This document shows positions 52,521 through 64,000 of a stretch of DNA of 64,000 bases, piece by piece; positions within the stretch are counted from its first letter, which is position 1; the number at the start of each line of letters is the position of its first letter. The notes beneath the pieces were generated by a model. The model saw nothing but the letters and a program-made list of their open reading frames with translations, did no database searches and was not told the DNA's origin. This DNA is from Bigelowiella natans CCMP2755 (taxonomy: Eukaryota; Protista; Cercozoa): NCBI GenBank assembly GCA_000320545.1, contig ADNK01003167.1, positions 1 to 64,000 on the forward strand. Direction: 5' to 3'. The translations under genes were made by a program, and so were the position numbers.

Positions 52521-53055
52521 CTTTACCTAACCTTACTCAATATATTTACATATATATATTACAATAAATGTACAGACAAATTTATATAAACAGGGCGTAA
52601 TAACTTCATGGCTGACCTATTACTCCGCAGCAAGAAGGGAGAACAGATAATGAAGACTACAAATGAAGCGGAAAGGGCATATAAGGCCGTACATACATCA
52701 TTCACGAATGACGAGAACTGACGGTTGAAAGCCTCCAAGCTCTCGAGGAGTTCGTAAGAATAATACACATAAAAGTTTTTAGTTCGATCACTTTTGACAA
52801 TCTACTATCCACCTCGGTATCGAATGTGCAATTGCATGCCGGTTGCCATGTTTCGTTTGCCTTCTTTCGGGAAGCAACTAATGATGTGGTCTCAACGGCA
52901 CCGACACTGGCTGATGTTCTCTGCATCGCATAAAGTTCGAATCTTAGAGCTGATCTACTACATGAAAACTTGTCAAGTGTTATTACCACTAGAGAGATGA
53001 ATGTGGCCAATGCTAAAGCTATTGAAGCACCAGGGGGTCTCCACTGGGCGGCCAT
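51233..53055 (-). CDS. Unknown multi-exon protein with N-terminal signal/TM segment and coiled coil
   Basis: MAAQWRPPGASIALALATFISLVVITLD. Further coding-like exons at ~51930-52060, ~51712-51760 and 51233-51575 (QQLNEQLELAEHNLGRLQ). No family recognised. Confidence 0.6.
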
Positions 53056-53409
53056 TGCTGGTTTCTTCTTCTTCCTTGTTAGTCACACCACTGCCCAGGA
53101 GGCCTAGTAGTAGTAAACTTTTCAAACTTCTCGTTTGAATGAAGCCGAAAAATAGATTTTTGTTCAACATCCCAAATGCGCAAATGATGGTCCTTTTATT
53201 ACTGCGACATGAAATAATTCTCATTTTAATTACCTCGTGAAGCAACTTAGTTGAAGAATTGCACCCAATTTCGATGGTGCGACATAGCGTAAGCCACGGA
53301 TCACGAAGGCACCTTTCGAGCAGGGTACGGAAGAAAATCGAAGCGATCCCCTCACCAATTGCCCCTCACCATGCAACAACCTTGCAGGTTGATTGATTTT
53401 ATGCTGCTA

Positions 53410-54850
53410 AGATCATGAAATGGCATCTAGCTTCGCGTGGGCACGTTTGTGTGAGCAATGTTGGTCTCATTCTTCTTTGTTCTCAGTGTGAACAATTGAT
53501 CGAGTGTGAATGGCAAGCCGTGTCCATCGGTCCCAGAGCCAGGCTAGCAGGTGTGGTCCACGCCAAGCAGCTTCCCGACCGTACTGGTTTGCCCACCTGT
53601 TTTCCTTGTCGTCTCAGCTCGAGTCACTGTGTCGCTTCGCACTGTGCGTGCGTCATGCAATTCTTTGGAGGTGTGGTCGTTCAACAAAGGTTTTGCTTGT
53701 TCTTCCTCCACCCCCCCTGGTGCACCGAGCGAGACGAGAGTGCCACAAGCTTGCATTGGAGATGCGTGATCGAGGAAGGAAGCAAACTTGCTGCGTGCAC
53801 GACTGACTTTGAAATTGAACACAGAACCCAAACCACCATCCTTTCCTGCCTTCCACTTGCACGCCACACCTGCGCACACTCCAACAGCAAGCCCTTCCTG
53901 CTGGCCCTTCTGACACGAACTGGTTTTTTTGAATCACTCGAACGAGTGGAACAGAAAAAACCGTTCGATTGCAATCGTTCATTCGATTTGAACAGTTGTG
54001 CGGCAATTGTTCAACTCGGTGCGTGTTCGCACTCGTCGTTGTTCTTGCTTGCCAGTCCCATGTGGACACCCAACTAGCCAAGTCCATCTGACTGACGTGT
54101 GGCAGACAGCACAAGCTAGCAAGCACAATCAGCAATGTCAGCGCGGGCTGGAAACGTTCTGTCTGAGAGTCATTTCCAGCGCGTTCCCAAAACGTGCTGC
54201 GCACCCCAGCACGGTGCGTGGCACGATTGACCGTGTGCATTCGTCTTGGCGAGTGACACTTCACTAGTTGGTGCACCTGTCAGCTGTGACGATGGTTGTT
54301 GCTGATTTTTTTACGGCTAGTGGTTTCGTTTCCATGCGCCAGAAATTGCGGCACTCACAGACACTGTTGAGGTGAAGCGACATGTGAAACAATGATGAGG
54401 TCGAGGTCTTTGCCGGGTTTTGTGGCCGCCGGGACTTGACCAGCGAGGCAGCAGCAGTCATGTTGGCATTGATCTGACAGAGAATGTCTTGTCACCGTTC
54501 AACGCTGAGATGCAGCATGAACCAACGCAGAGAGCATGAGCGATGCGGTGCGTGGACACGATTTTCGCTAGTGCTTTGCACGCATGTGTACTCCATCCAC
54601 TCTTATTTATTTCTCTGTTGCACGTGCTGCTGCAAGTGTTCGATCGTTGACCATGATGCAAAAGTGCGTGCTTTGCACGTCGATCAAACGAACAATGGCA
54701 CACAGCAACCATCACTGCGCTGGCGCCTTCATCACATAGACATGCAAAACGTCTGCTCACGCATTCGATCATGCACGTCGCCACACAACATGCATCGTCG
54801 CGATGACTGCATGTGAGGCATCAAAGATGAAGGAGCAACTGTGTTGCGAC
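53410..54850. other. TpA-hypermutated intergenic block of unknown origin
   Basis: TAs in 53420-54570 are almost all CTAG (seven), with one GTAC and one TTAC. Long Tyr-poor, Cys/His-rich ORFs on both strands. Confidence 0.8.
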
Positions 54851-54882
54851 GAATGTGAATTGTATGTACCAAGGCTGTGCAT

Positions 54883-55982
54883 CTAGTCACTTGCCTTGCC
54901 ATCGGCAGCGCTCCGGCCTTCACTGTCATCCCGAGGCTCAGGAAGAAGCATACGCCTCTTTTTCAAGCGCACATAAACGGACCACGCCAGGAAGTTAGCC
55001 CTCTGGCTACTCATTCGACGGAACATCGACAAAAAGAAGAGACGCCGACAGCCCTTCCTATCGATTCCAACATACGACAGTTGGCACATCACTCGTGTTT
55101 GAGACGTTATAAATTCTTCAAAAGACTTCATCAGCTTTTTCCATTGGCGCCGAAGGCTAAGCATTTGGTTCTGCGCATCCGCTACTCCGGATGACACCAG
55201 CAGCAGGTTGGAACAGTGTATCTGCATCAGCGCTGCACTTCCATCGTCCTTACATAATATTGTTTGGTACCTGATCGTATGGTGTTTAGGCGAGAGAAAG
55301 AGGGTAAATGAAGGCCATGTTGTGTATGTCTAATGCTACTGCTGATGTCTATTACTTCATCCGCAAAGAGATATTTGTTATTATATGGCAATGAAGTAGA
55401 AGAATTCGCATCAATATTCTCCCCCCCCCCCCCCCTTTCTCTCCCTATGTGCGTGTGTATGCTGTGCTGTGTGTGTTCAATATTCTCACTTGAGAAGATC
55501 TTCCATCTTTCTGATGCTATCGAATGTTGCTGAGTTTAGCTTTGTAAAACTCTCATGAAACTCGAGTGACGGATTTTCCGTCATCATCTGTGCTGACTTT
55601 ATATCCTGAAAAGTAATGATAACTGTTGTGGTGGTGGTGATGTAGAGGATGATGCTGATACTGGTGATATGAATTTTGAAGGAAAAAGAGTCACAGCTTC
55701 GACACTGAACAACACCAAAAACAGACGCGTATCCACCGAAAAATAACCGTCCATACGACAATGATCCATTTGTGTTCTAGACAGATGGTAATATTTCTAT
55801 TGTTGATTAGGATTTTTCAGACACTTCTTCTTCTACCGATTGCTTTGCAGTGATCCTCGCCTCCATTAAATGCCTATTAGCTGCTTCTTCGATGTTTACT
55901 GCCACAATAGATATCGGCACCTAATAAATGTGTTTATAAATATGTGAGCGTGTGTGAGCATTAGCATGAGTACGTGCGTGCG

Positions 55983-56015
<33 letters not shown>

Positions 56016-56025
56016 TGTGTGTATC

Positions 56026-56070
<45 letters not shown>

Positions 56071-56719
56071 AGAGAATTGTGTGATGTGAGACTGCGTCTG
56101 CTTTATTTTGGAGGGTGCTCCTCTGTGAGTGAGTTCATGATATGAATCAGCACCGCCAACAGCACGATAGAAAGAAAGACAATCAAGCCTCCCAGCACGC
56201 GTCCCTCCGTTGATGTAGGATACGTATCACCATATCTAAGCAACAACACAAATAGTGATGATGATGATGAGAGGAGTGCGGAATAGGAGAATGGAAGAAT
56301 TCATGTATGGAGAAGAAATGGTACTGTAACGATGTTTGGTCTTACAACTCGAAAGTGTACAACTAAAAAAAAGATGCAGCATTTATCTACAACTACTTTC
56401 ATGGGAAGAGGAAATGTTCATCCTCTTTTTGTCTCCATTGTGATTATTAGCGATAATATATCTCTAATTACAAATTTACTGCTCCGTAAGTAAATCATAT
56501 CTACAATAGCTACTACTAACCCACCCGACGGTTGTGATCGTGACTATCATCCACCAGAAAGTGTCAGGTATCGACTGAAATGGTGTGCGTTCCCTCTCAC
56601 CAAAAAACGTCTCTCGTTCATAGTATCTGATTTTGTTAAGTAGTAACTTCACTTACTTTTTCCGCTTAATGATAACAATGCAAACTCAATTATCGTGCGG
56701 AACCAAAACCGATCTTTCC

Positions 56720-56753
<34 letters not shown>

Positions 56754-58794
56754 CTATAAACATACACATTTGCACATGCACATAACACATAACACATAAG
56801 CTGAAGAAGGCATTGATATATAGTGGATATAGAAAGGTAAGAGATCATGATGATGATGATAGGATGATAACAATGACAATGATAATAATATCGAGATGAT
56901 GACTAAGATGGTACTTAATGTACAACTCACGAGCATATTATTTACTGATAACACTTCTAGCATCATCGTCATCATCGCCATCATTCAAATATTACCCTTG
57001 TGTTTCGTTATAGCTTCCTTTCTCTTGCACGTATATTACACTCGCGCATACCACGATCCAAACAGCAAATAAGAAGCCTATTATTATTATTATTATTATT
57101 ATTATTATCATTATTATTAATCATCATTATTGTTGTTATCATTATACACTTGGAAGCCATGCGTCTTTTCTTTCAGCTGCATTGTTACCTTCATACTACT
57201 ACCTCTACCACTACTATGATTATGATGAAAAGGAAAGAAGAAGAAGAATGATATCGATTAATACTATCAAATGTACAAGGATATACCGAGAGAGAAAAGA
57301 GAGTCAAGCGACGAATAGATCGCGTTTGTTAGTATCACCGTCCCACTCAAGCCCTTGACCTATAATGATGATGATGGTGATGATGATGATTATGATGATG
57401 ATGATGATTGATAACGATAATGATTTATAATTGTTTGTCCCGCTCAATGAAGAAACATGGGAGGATCAAGAGTTAGGTAGCTACATATAATAATATATAC
57501 CAGCCTAAAAATCCTGGTTACACGTAGCAAACGGAGGATGCGTATGAAAGCTAATGACGGTGTTTGTAGTTTGGATAGTTGCAAGAAGAAAGGTAGCACA
57601 GAGATCAGATCGATCAATGTGCCTGGACTCCTCAGCCAATACAGAAATTTCCCACAAAAGCTCGAGTTATTGCCCACACTGGTATATCCCAGTATTCTCA
57701 TACGTGCAGCCTCAACAAAGCCAACAGATATTGCTCGAGCAGCTATTTCAATACTGAAAGTAGAAGGAGGAGGTAGAAGAGGAGGAATTCATGATACGTA
57801 CCACATGTAGCAGCAGCCACGAAGAGAGTGAGTGTGAGAGAGGGGGGGGGGAGTTGGGGAGGGTAGTAGAACAACATGGTTTATCTTTATAAGGAATGAT
57901 CTCGCAGCAGCAGCAGCAGCAGCAGCAACCTAAAGGTCGTCGAGCAGATAACCTCAATCACATAGAATTGAGGAGCACTATCGCCCTGGTATTATTATTA
58001 TAGCAAACACCACACAAAGGAGAACAAAGCACACACAAGGTCAGTCACTTATTCCCTCCCAGATATTACCAATGTAAGGCAGCATATGTAGTACACGTCG
58101 CCGTGTCTATACAACAGCATGTACAGATTACTACACATAGCAATATGATGCATACATACATACACACATACATACATACACAAGCAGCACCTGATTAGAG
58201 CCGTGGTTGGGATATCTATACTTGGGCAATGACTCCACTGTGAGCGAAATTGTTGATATTACAATCATGATGGTGATGAACCCCTGAACCACCGACGACA
58301 ACGTGGAAGATTCCATGTCCTCAAACAAGTGGAACACCTGATGATGGGGTATAGGAGGAGGAGGAGGAGGAGGATAAAAGATTGGAAAATGTATTATGAA
58401 ATGATGACAAAGAGCACGCATATTTATAGTTTATTTTTATAAGGATGGTCTACATAATAGAACAGATCGAATACAACAACAACAACATCATCATCATCAT
58501 CATCTACTACGAAAACATCGATGATAACATAATTAACAACACCATGAATTTCAAACCATACATTCGAGAAAGAATTTCCTGTTTCGGGGTAAAATGGAGG
58601 TATAAGGTTTTCTTCCCTCTTCGTCTGACAGTCGTAGCCACAAGTAGTAGTAGTAGTAGTGGTAGTAGTAGTAGTAGGAGGAGGAGGAGGAGGAGGAGGA
58701 GGAGGAGGAGGAGGAGGTGATGAGATGATGAGGAGGAGGAAGGAAAAACACATAAGTTGGAAGAATCTCTGCCACAAGTTTAGCAACCACTTGG

Positions 58795-58832
<38 letters not shown>

Positions 58833-59109
58833 GTGCCAATAACAGCAGCAGCAGCACAAATATTAGTAGTAGTAGTAGTAGGCAAAAACACACAACCTTC
58901 GTCGCAGCTGATGATATGATCCTATTCATACCTCCCCCCTCAATCGTCAAGACCTTGATGATAATATTTACGAAAACATCAACAATTTCACACACCACGT
59001 GACATTTACAGTAAATGAATATCCTATACACATCATAATGGATGACAGACAAATTTCTCTCTCGAAGAGACCTACATATTAAACCCCCGCCCCCGTAGCT
59101 TGTATTTAG

Positions 59110-59156
<47 letters not shown>

Positions 59157-59704
59157 GTGTGTGTGCGTGTGTGTGTACGACTACCTCACGCAGTAGTTTA
59201 CGTTTCATAAAAAGGTCTCTCTGTAAAAACAATCAATCAATCAATCGATCGACATTAAATCATCTTCATTAAAGTAGTAGTAGTTGGATGCACTCCACTC
59301 TTATCATCAATCCCTTTTCTATCTTGCTATTATCTTCTTCTTCTTCTTGATGATGGATGATTCTGCAACCCTAGCTCTTCTTACATCAACAATCTCGCGC
59401 TCTCTCAGCGTGTGTTGTTCGGTGAAGATCGATGATATAATCGTAATCGGAACAGCAAACAAGACTAAACCTAATAATTCCACGACCGACGATTGAGTCA
59501 GAAAGAATCTCTTACTTACACGTTGAGATTATGTTATTACACAAAAGTCAATAATGTGGTACATCTTGCCCTTCTTCTTTCAATCTTTTCCGTTTCTATC
59601 TAGCCATTATATTAGGTGTACATTACTAAGTCATTTTCTTCCTCTTTCTCTTACTACTTTTATTGATTCTTATAAACTGCTGATCTATCTTAAACTATAT
59701 GTTG

Positions 59705-59743
<39 letters not shown>

Positions 59744-59780
59744 ATCAATGATGATGATAAGTATCTTAAACTATATGTTG

Positions 59781-59817
<37 letters not shown>

Positions 59818-60128
59818 ATCAATGATGAGGGTAGTTACTTATCATCATGACTCCAGATGCTACTAGACGCCCACTGAGTGTCGTAGGGATCATATCTCCA
59901 TATCCAACGGTTGTAAAGGTGACCATTACATACCACATTGATATGAATACACTATCAAATGGAGAGGTCTGATAGAAAATAAAGGAGCAAATATTAAGCA
60001 ATAAGGAAGACTAATAGTAAGGCTACCGATCAACACCAACGGAATACGTAGTACTCTCCAGTAAAAAATTCAGCAATTTTTTTGTTGTTGCATCATCGAT
60101 TCTGATCTCTCTAAGCATGGTTCAGATC

Positions 60129-60199
<71 letters not shown>

Positions 60200-60928
60200 T
60201 CACCTCACCTCACATCATATCATACTGTGTATATCATACTGCCTAGTCAACTACATAGTGGCTGCTCAGTTACTACTACCTCCTTTTCACCATATATGTT
60301 ATCTCTTTCAAATTTCCCTGTGTCTTCATTGTACTCTCCTACTCGGCAGTAAATACGAGTATTTCAGCAGGCAGTTTAATAGGGACTGATGGTTGTGGGA
60401 ATGATCTTGTGTTAGTCATCATCATCACCTTGCTCAACGATGAAGACAACCGAAGCCATAAAGAGAATAAAAAGGCATAAGAGCATCGCTATTTGAGACA
60501 TCAACGGTGCCGCAGCCCCACCCACTCTCATTAGTAGTGGAATCATTTTATTTGATTTAAACAGCTTTGCGAGCCGGAGAAGTCTATGAAATTAACCCAA
60601 AAAACAAAGTGATGCTATACACCAATTGGAGTGATGGAAGAAGCAAGGGTACACGATTTTCAGCAGCAGCAGCAGCAGCTGTTTCATTGTTTCTGGGGGC
60701 ATTGAATAATAGTACCTTAGAGCCCTTATGCTAGTGAGATTTACAGATGATGAACTAACTATCAACTGAAGAGAGAGTAGGAGAAGTAGTGAGACTTACA
60801 GATGATGAAGTGACTATCTACTGAAGAGTGTAGTAGGAGAAGTAGGAGGAGGGGGAAGAGGGAGAGGAGAGAGTTCTTTGTACGTGTAAGTAACTGTAAG
60901 TGTTAGAGAAAATTGAAAAGAGAATGAG

Positions 60929-60976
<48 letters not shown>

Positions 60977-62160
60977 GGAACAAAGAGAAAAATCAGTTAT
61001 CTCTTACATTAACGTAGAAGGGAAGTATAGCCACCAGATCAATAATATTCATAGGCTGTACGATAAAGTCTATGGTCTTTCGAATATGTAACATGTACTC
61101 TTGACTAAAGCACCCCCAACTACCCGGCTGGTGACAAACAAACAAACAAAGGTACACACAGAGAGAGAGAGATAGAGAACATAAGGCTTTCAACTGAGGA
61201 AAATTTTGCAAGTATAAAGAGTTGTAGATCTCTATCCAGGAATATACTACCAAGTAAACATGATACTATTGTTTTTATGCTTTATTCTCCCAACATAATA
61301 TGTGATGATGGTGATGAAGAAGATATCATGACAATGGCCTCTACGTACGAGCACACATTATCTCATTTTATTAATTACCTTGAGCCTAGAATTTCCATAG
61401 ATATACAGATCGCTCATGGAACTCACAGTACATATTCTTATAATGTATTCTAAAGTGAAGAAGATCACGCATGCCACTTCGATCTGCATACACCAAATAT
61501 ATAATAATAGGAAGTATAGTACATACACCAATATGTTGAGTGAGTCACTAAGAATCACATAGTACATACACCAATATGTTGAGTGAGTCACTAAGAATCA
61601 CTAAATAAAAAATATCCCCCAAAGTATGTGTGATGTGTGTATGTGGGATATAAATATATCGTTATCATCATCACCACCGTCATCATCATCATCCTTTTTT
61701 ATGTATCAGCACCTACTACTACTACCTTGATAAAAGTTGGGTTTTCTTGATCTTCATGGTCTCCATAGCGAGGATATCGATATTCAGGTAGCGACTCGAG
61801 AATCTTAACAAAAAGAGAAGAGATGAAAGAATGTTTCAATCAAAAATAAATACAAAGTTGTTGTTGGTGTTGTTGTGTAAATGATGATAGTATCGTTTGC
61901 TTAAATTAGGGTAGTAGATGCGGATATAAGAATTTAGTGCTAAATACGTAAGTTCCTAGCTGTGCAAGAAATTTAGCAGTCAAAATGAGAATTTGTTGTG
62001 GAAGGAGAAATCCTCCCATTTTTTACTGCTTGCTAAAATTCTAAATCTTTATTGAGAGAAACGAATAACATCCATTCTCAGGGGAGTCATATTTCATTCA
62101 AAATCTGGTGCTGCTTGTATATATGTCTCTGTGATCTATTGGTGATGCGTTCTCTATTCT

Positions 62161-62194
<34 letters not shown>

Positions 62195-62931
62195 CAGCAC
62201 GATGGCTGATAGAATCACCACACCGCCACTGATCACCTAGATTATTATATAACAGACAGTCAACAATAAGAACAAAGAAAAGGTGATGATGATTGATAAC
62301 AACGATTCCATAATTATGTATGAAAGGAGGACAAATTAGCCGGAGAGGAAGAGAGCGGAAGAGCAACAACTATATACAACTGAATGTCTTCACAAGTTAA
62401 CAACAACATATGATTGCTGATAAAAGTAATCATATGTACCGAGAACATCTTCGAAATGTAGCTGCTATCGATGTCGTCAAGCACTCTGAAGATAAAACGC
62501 CTTTTATCATCACCCCAGTCCTTTGGAATCCTGAGGGAGGAGGGAGGGAGGGAGGTAGTTAGTTGTTTTAAGAGTGAGTACGATCGGTGCCTTATTTGTA
62601 CTTACATATAGGAGAATTGTTTTCTTTCACAAAAATATTAAAGTGTTCTTTGCCATACTTCTGTCGTAATGTTACTGATCTAGCGTGTGTGTGTTGTGCG
62701 TATGAAGAGGTTGCTGTTTGCGTCTTCCCCCCCTTCCCCCCGTGAGTTGATTGATGTACCAAGGAATTTCTTCGTCTTCTTCGCTTTCATCTGCAGCGAT
62801 CAATCTATCAAGATCCAAACCTGATATTAGACCGCACGTCAGGAGGACAGCTTTGGCAAAATTCCTCTCATAACGACCCAATTAGTGCAATAGAAGGTAG
62901 TAGTGATGGTAGTGGAGGTAGTGGTGGTGTG

Positions 62932-62971
<40 letters not shown>

Positions 62972-64000
62972 CCTTAACTACAGCAATCATTTTTTAAAGG
63001 TGCTAATATTCATCATCATCATCATCGTATATTCTCATCCACCAAGAACGCTTGCTCGATTATATAGCCTCTTGAGTTCTTCTTGCTGTGCTGTAACTAT
63101 TATTAAAGTAGCATCGATGATGTAGATATCATTTATGGATCAGACATTGAATGGATAAGGACATCATCTTCGGTTGTTTACCTCGTCCACCAAAACCACC
63201 ACCACTAAAATGCAGTAACAACACACTACTATTGCTTACTGCTGGTTGCTACGGCTACTTAACAAGTTGGGTATACACAAAGATGGTAAGCACTAACTCT
63301 CTCGGTCTCCTTTCTCTCTTTCGTTCGCGAAGAAAAGAAAGCCATTTCTCATGATATTACCTTTTGATTCTTCAGCAGGTTTACTAGAAAGCGTGCTCAT
63401 GAGTATAGATCCTATCTTTGCCAAGTTCTAAGCGTATGCAAATTGTACGATGTTAAGTATGAAAACATATCAAGTGCTCATCTCTCTGGGTTGTGAAGGG
63501 GGTTGCTATTATTATCACCGAATTTGTAGCAGATCCACCCAGGGTGTGGCCACGCTAATATATGCAAAGAGAAAGAGAAGAGATGGAGAATGTGGATAGT
63601 CCATATCTGCAATGGCCTCTGACACCTATCTCTAATCCCTTTTCAATACCTTGGAAGTTGATGGAGACGAAGGAACATTAGGTAGCAAAGCCTGTGCACT
63701 CTCTACTAGACGTTTCTGCAAACAATATTATCGCCAAAGAATCGGACCATGATACCGTTACATAAATTAACCTATCAAGTTCCTCTCTTTTGGAACGAAG
63801 TGGACGCGATTATCATGGTGGCAGTATAAATTGAGCACATTAGTAATGGCAGCAGTAGTAATAATAATGGTACTAATGATGAAAATATGACGACAACGAT
63901 TGTGAGGAAAAAAAAATAAAGTCTATTCGTCGTCATTTCACACATACCAGCTCCTTCCGATCCACATTCTTGGCATCAAGACCACATTCGTTCACACGAA
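54883..64000 (-). CDS. Voltage-gated K+ channel-like gene with two tandem 6TM/pore modules; 5' end probably outside the window
   Basis: Module 1 (~62530-59430): RRFIFRVLDDIDSS, ESLPEYR, IEVACVIFFTLEY, NIIDLVAILPFYV, IRALR|LLRLAKLFK, MWYVMVTFTTVGYGD. Module 2 (~58340-55860): FHLFEDMESS, ESLPKYR, IDLISVLPFFL, FIRILRLLRVTRIFRL, SIPDTFWWMIVTITTVG|YGD. The last exon ends at stop 54883. Confidence 0.88.
61518..61601. repeat. Direct duplication (~43 bp x2) in an intron
   Basis: agtacatacaccaatatgttgagtgagtcactaagaatcac occurs twice. Confidence 0.9.

Overview
Left end of a eukaryotic nuclear chromosome. A (CCCTAA)n telomere at 1-168 is followed by intron-rich genes with microsatellite-laden GT-AG introns. 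A green-type plastid Cpn60-beta with a signal-peptide-type presequence suggests a secondary-plastid alga, most likely a chlorarachniophyte host nucleus (inference). Genes supported by motifs: HMMR/RHAMM-like coiled-coil protein, glycine-cleavage H protein, plastid Cpn60-beta, Nudix hydrolase, SDR dehydrogenase, ankyrin protein, a minimal CCA/poly(A)-polymerase-like nucleotidyltransferase followed by a 48-nt tRNA-like fold, CYP120-like P450, EEF1AKMT4/METTL13-like methyltransferase, DENN protein, and a tandem two-domain Kv-type channel. The main discovery is in the subtelomere, a LINE remnant and several intergenic repeat blocks, which have almost entirely lost the TpA dinucleotide. TA appears to have been converted to TG or CA (A:T->G:C, both strands). 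The LINE ORF has 0 Tyr in 542 aa, with conserved Tyr replaced by His or Cys, and paralogous copies differ by reciprocal TG/CA pairs. Surviving TAs are mostly in the palindrome CTAG. Neighbouring genes and intronic (TA)n tracts are untouched. This looks like a repeat-targeted, RIP-like genome-defence hypermutation of opposite polarity to fungal RIP. No responsible enzyme is visible in the window, and I could not check novelty against the literature. All counts are by eye, and many exon boundaries are approximate.
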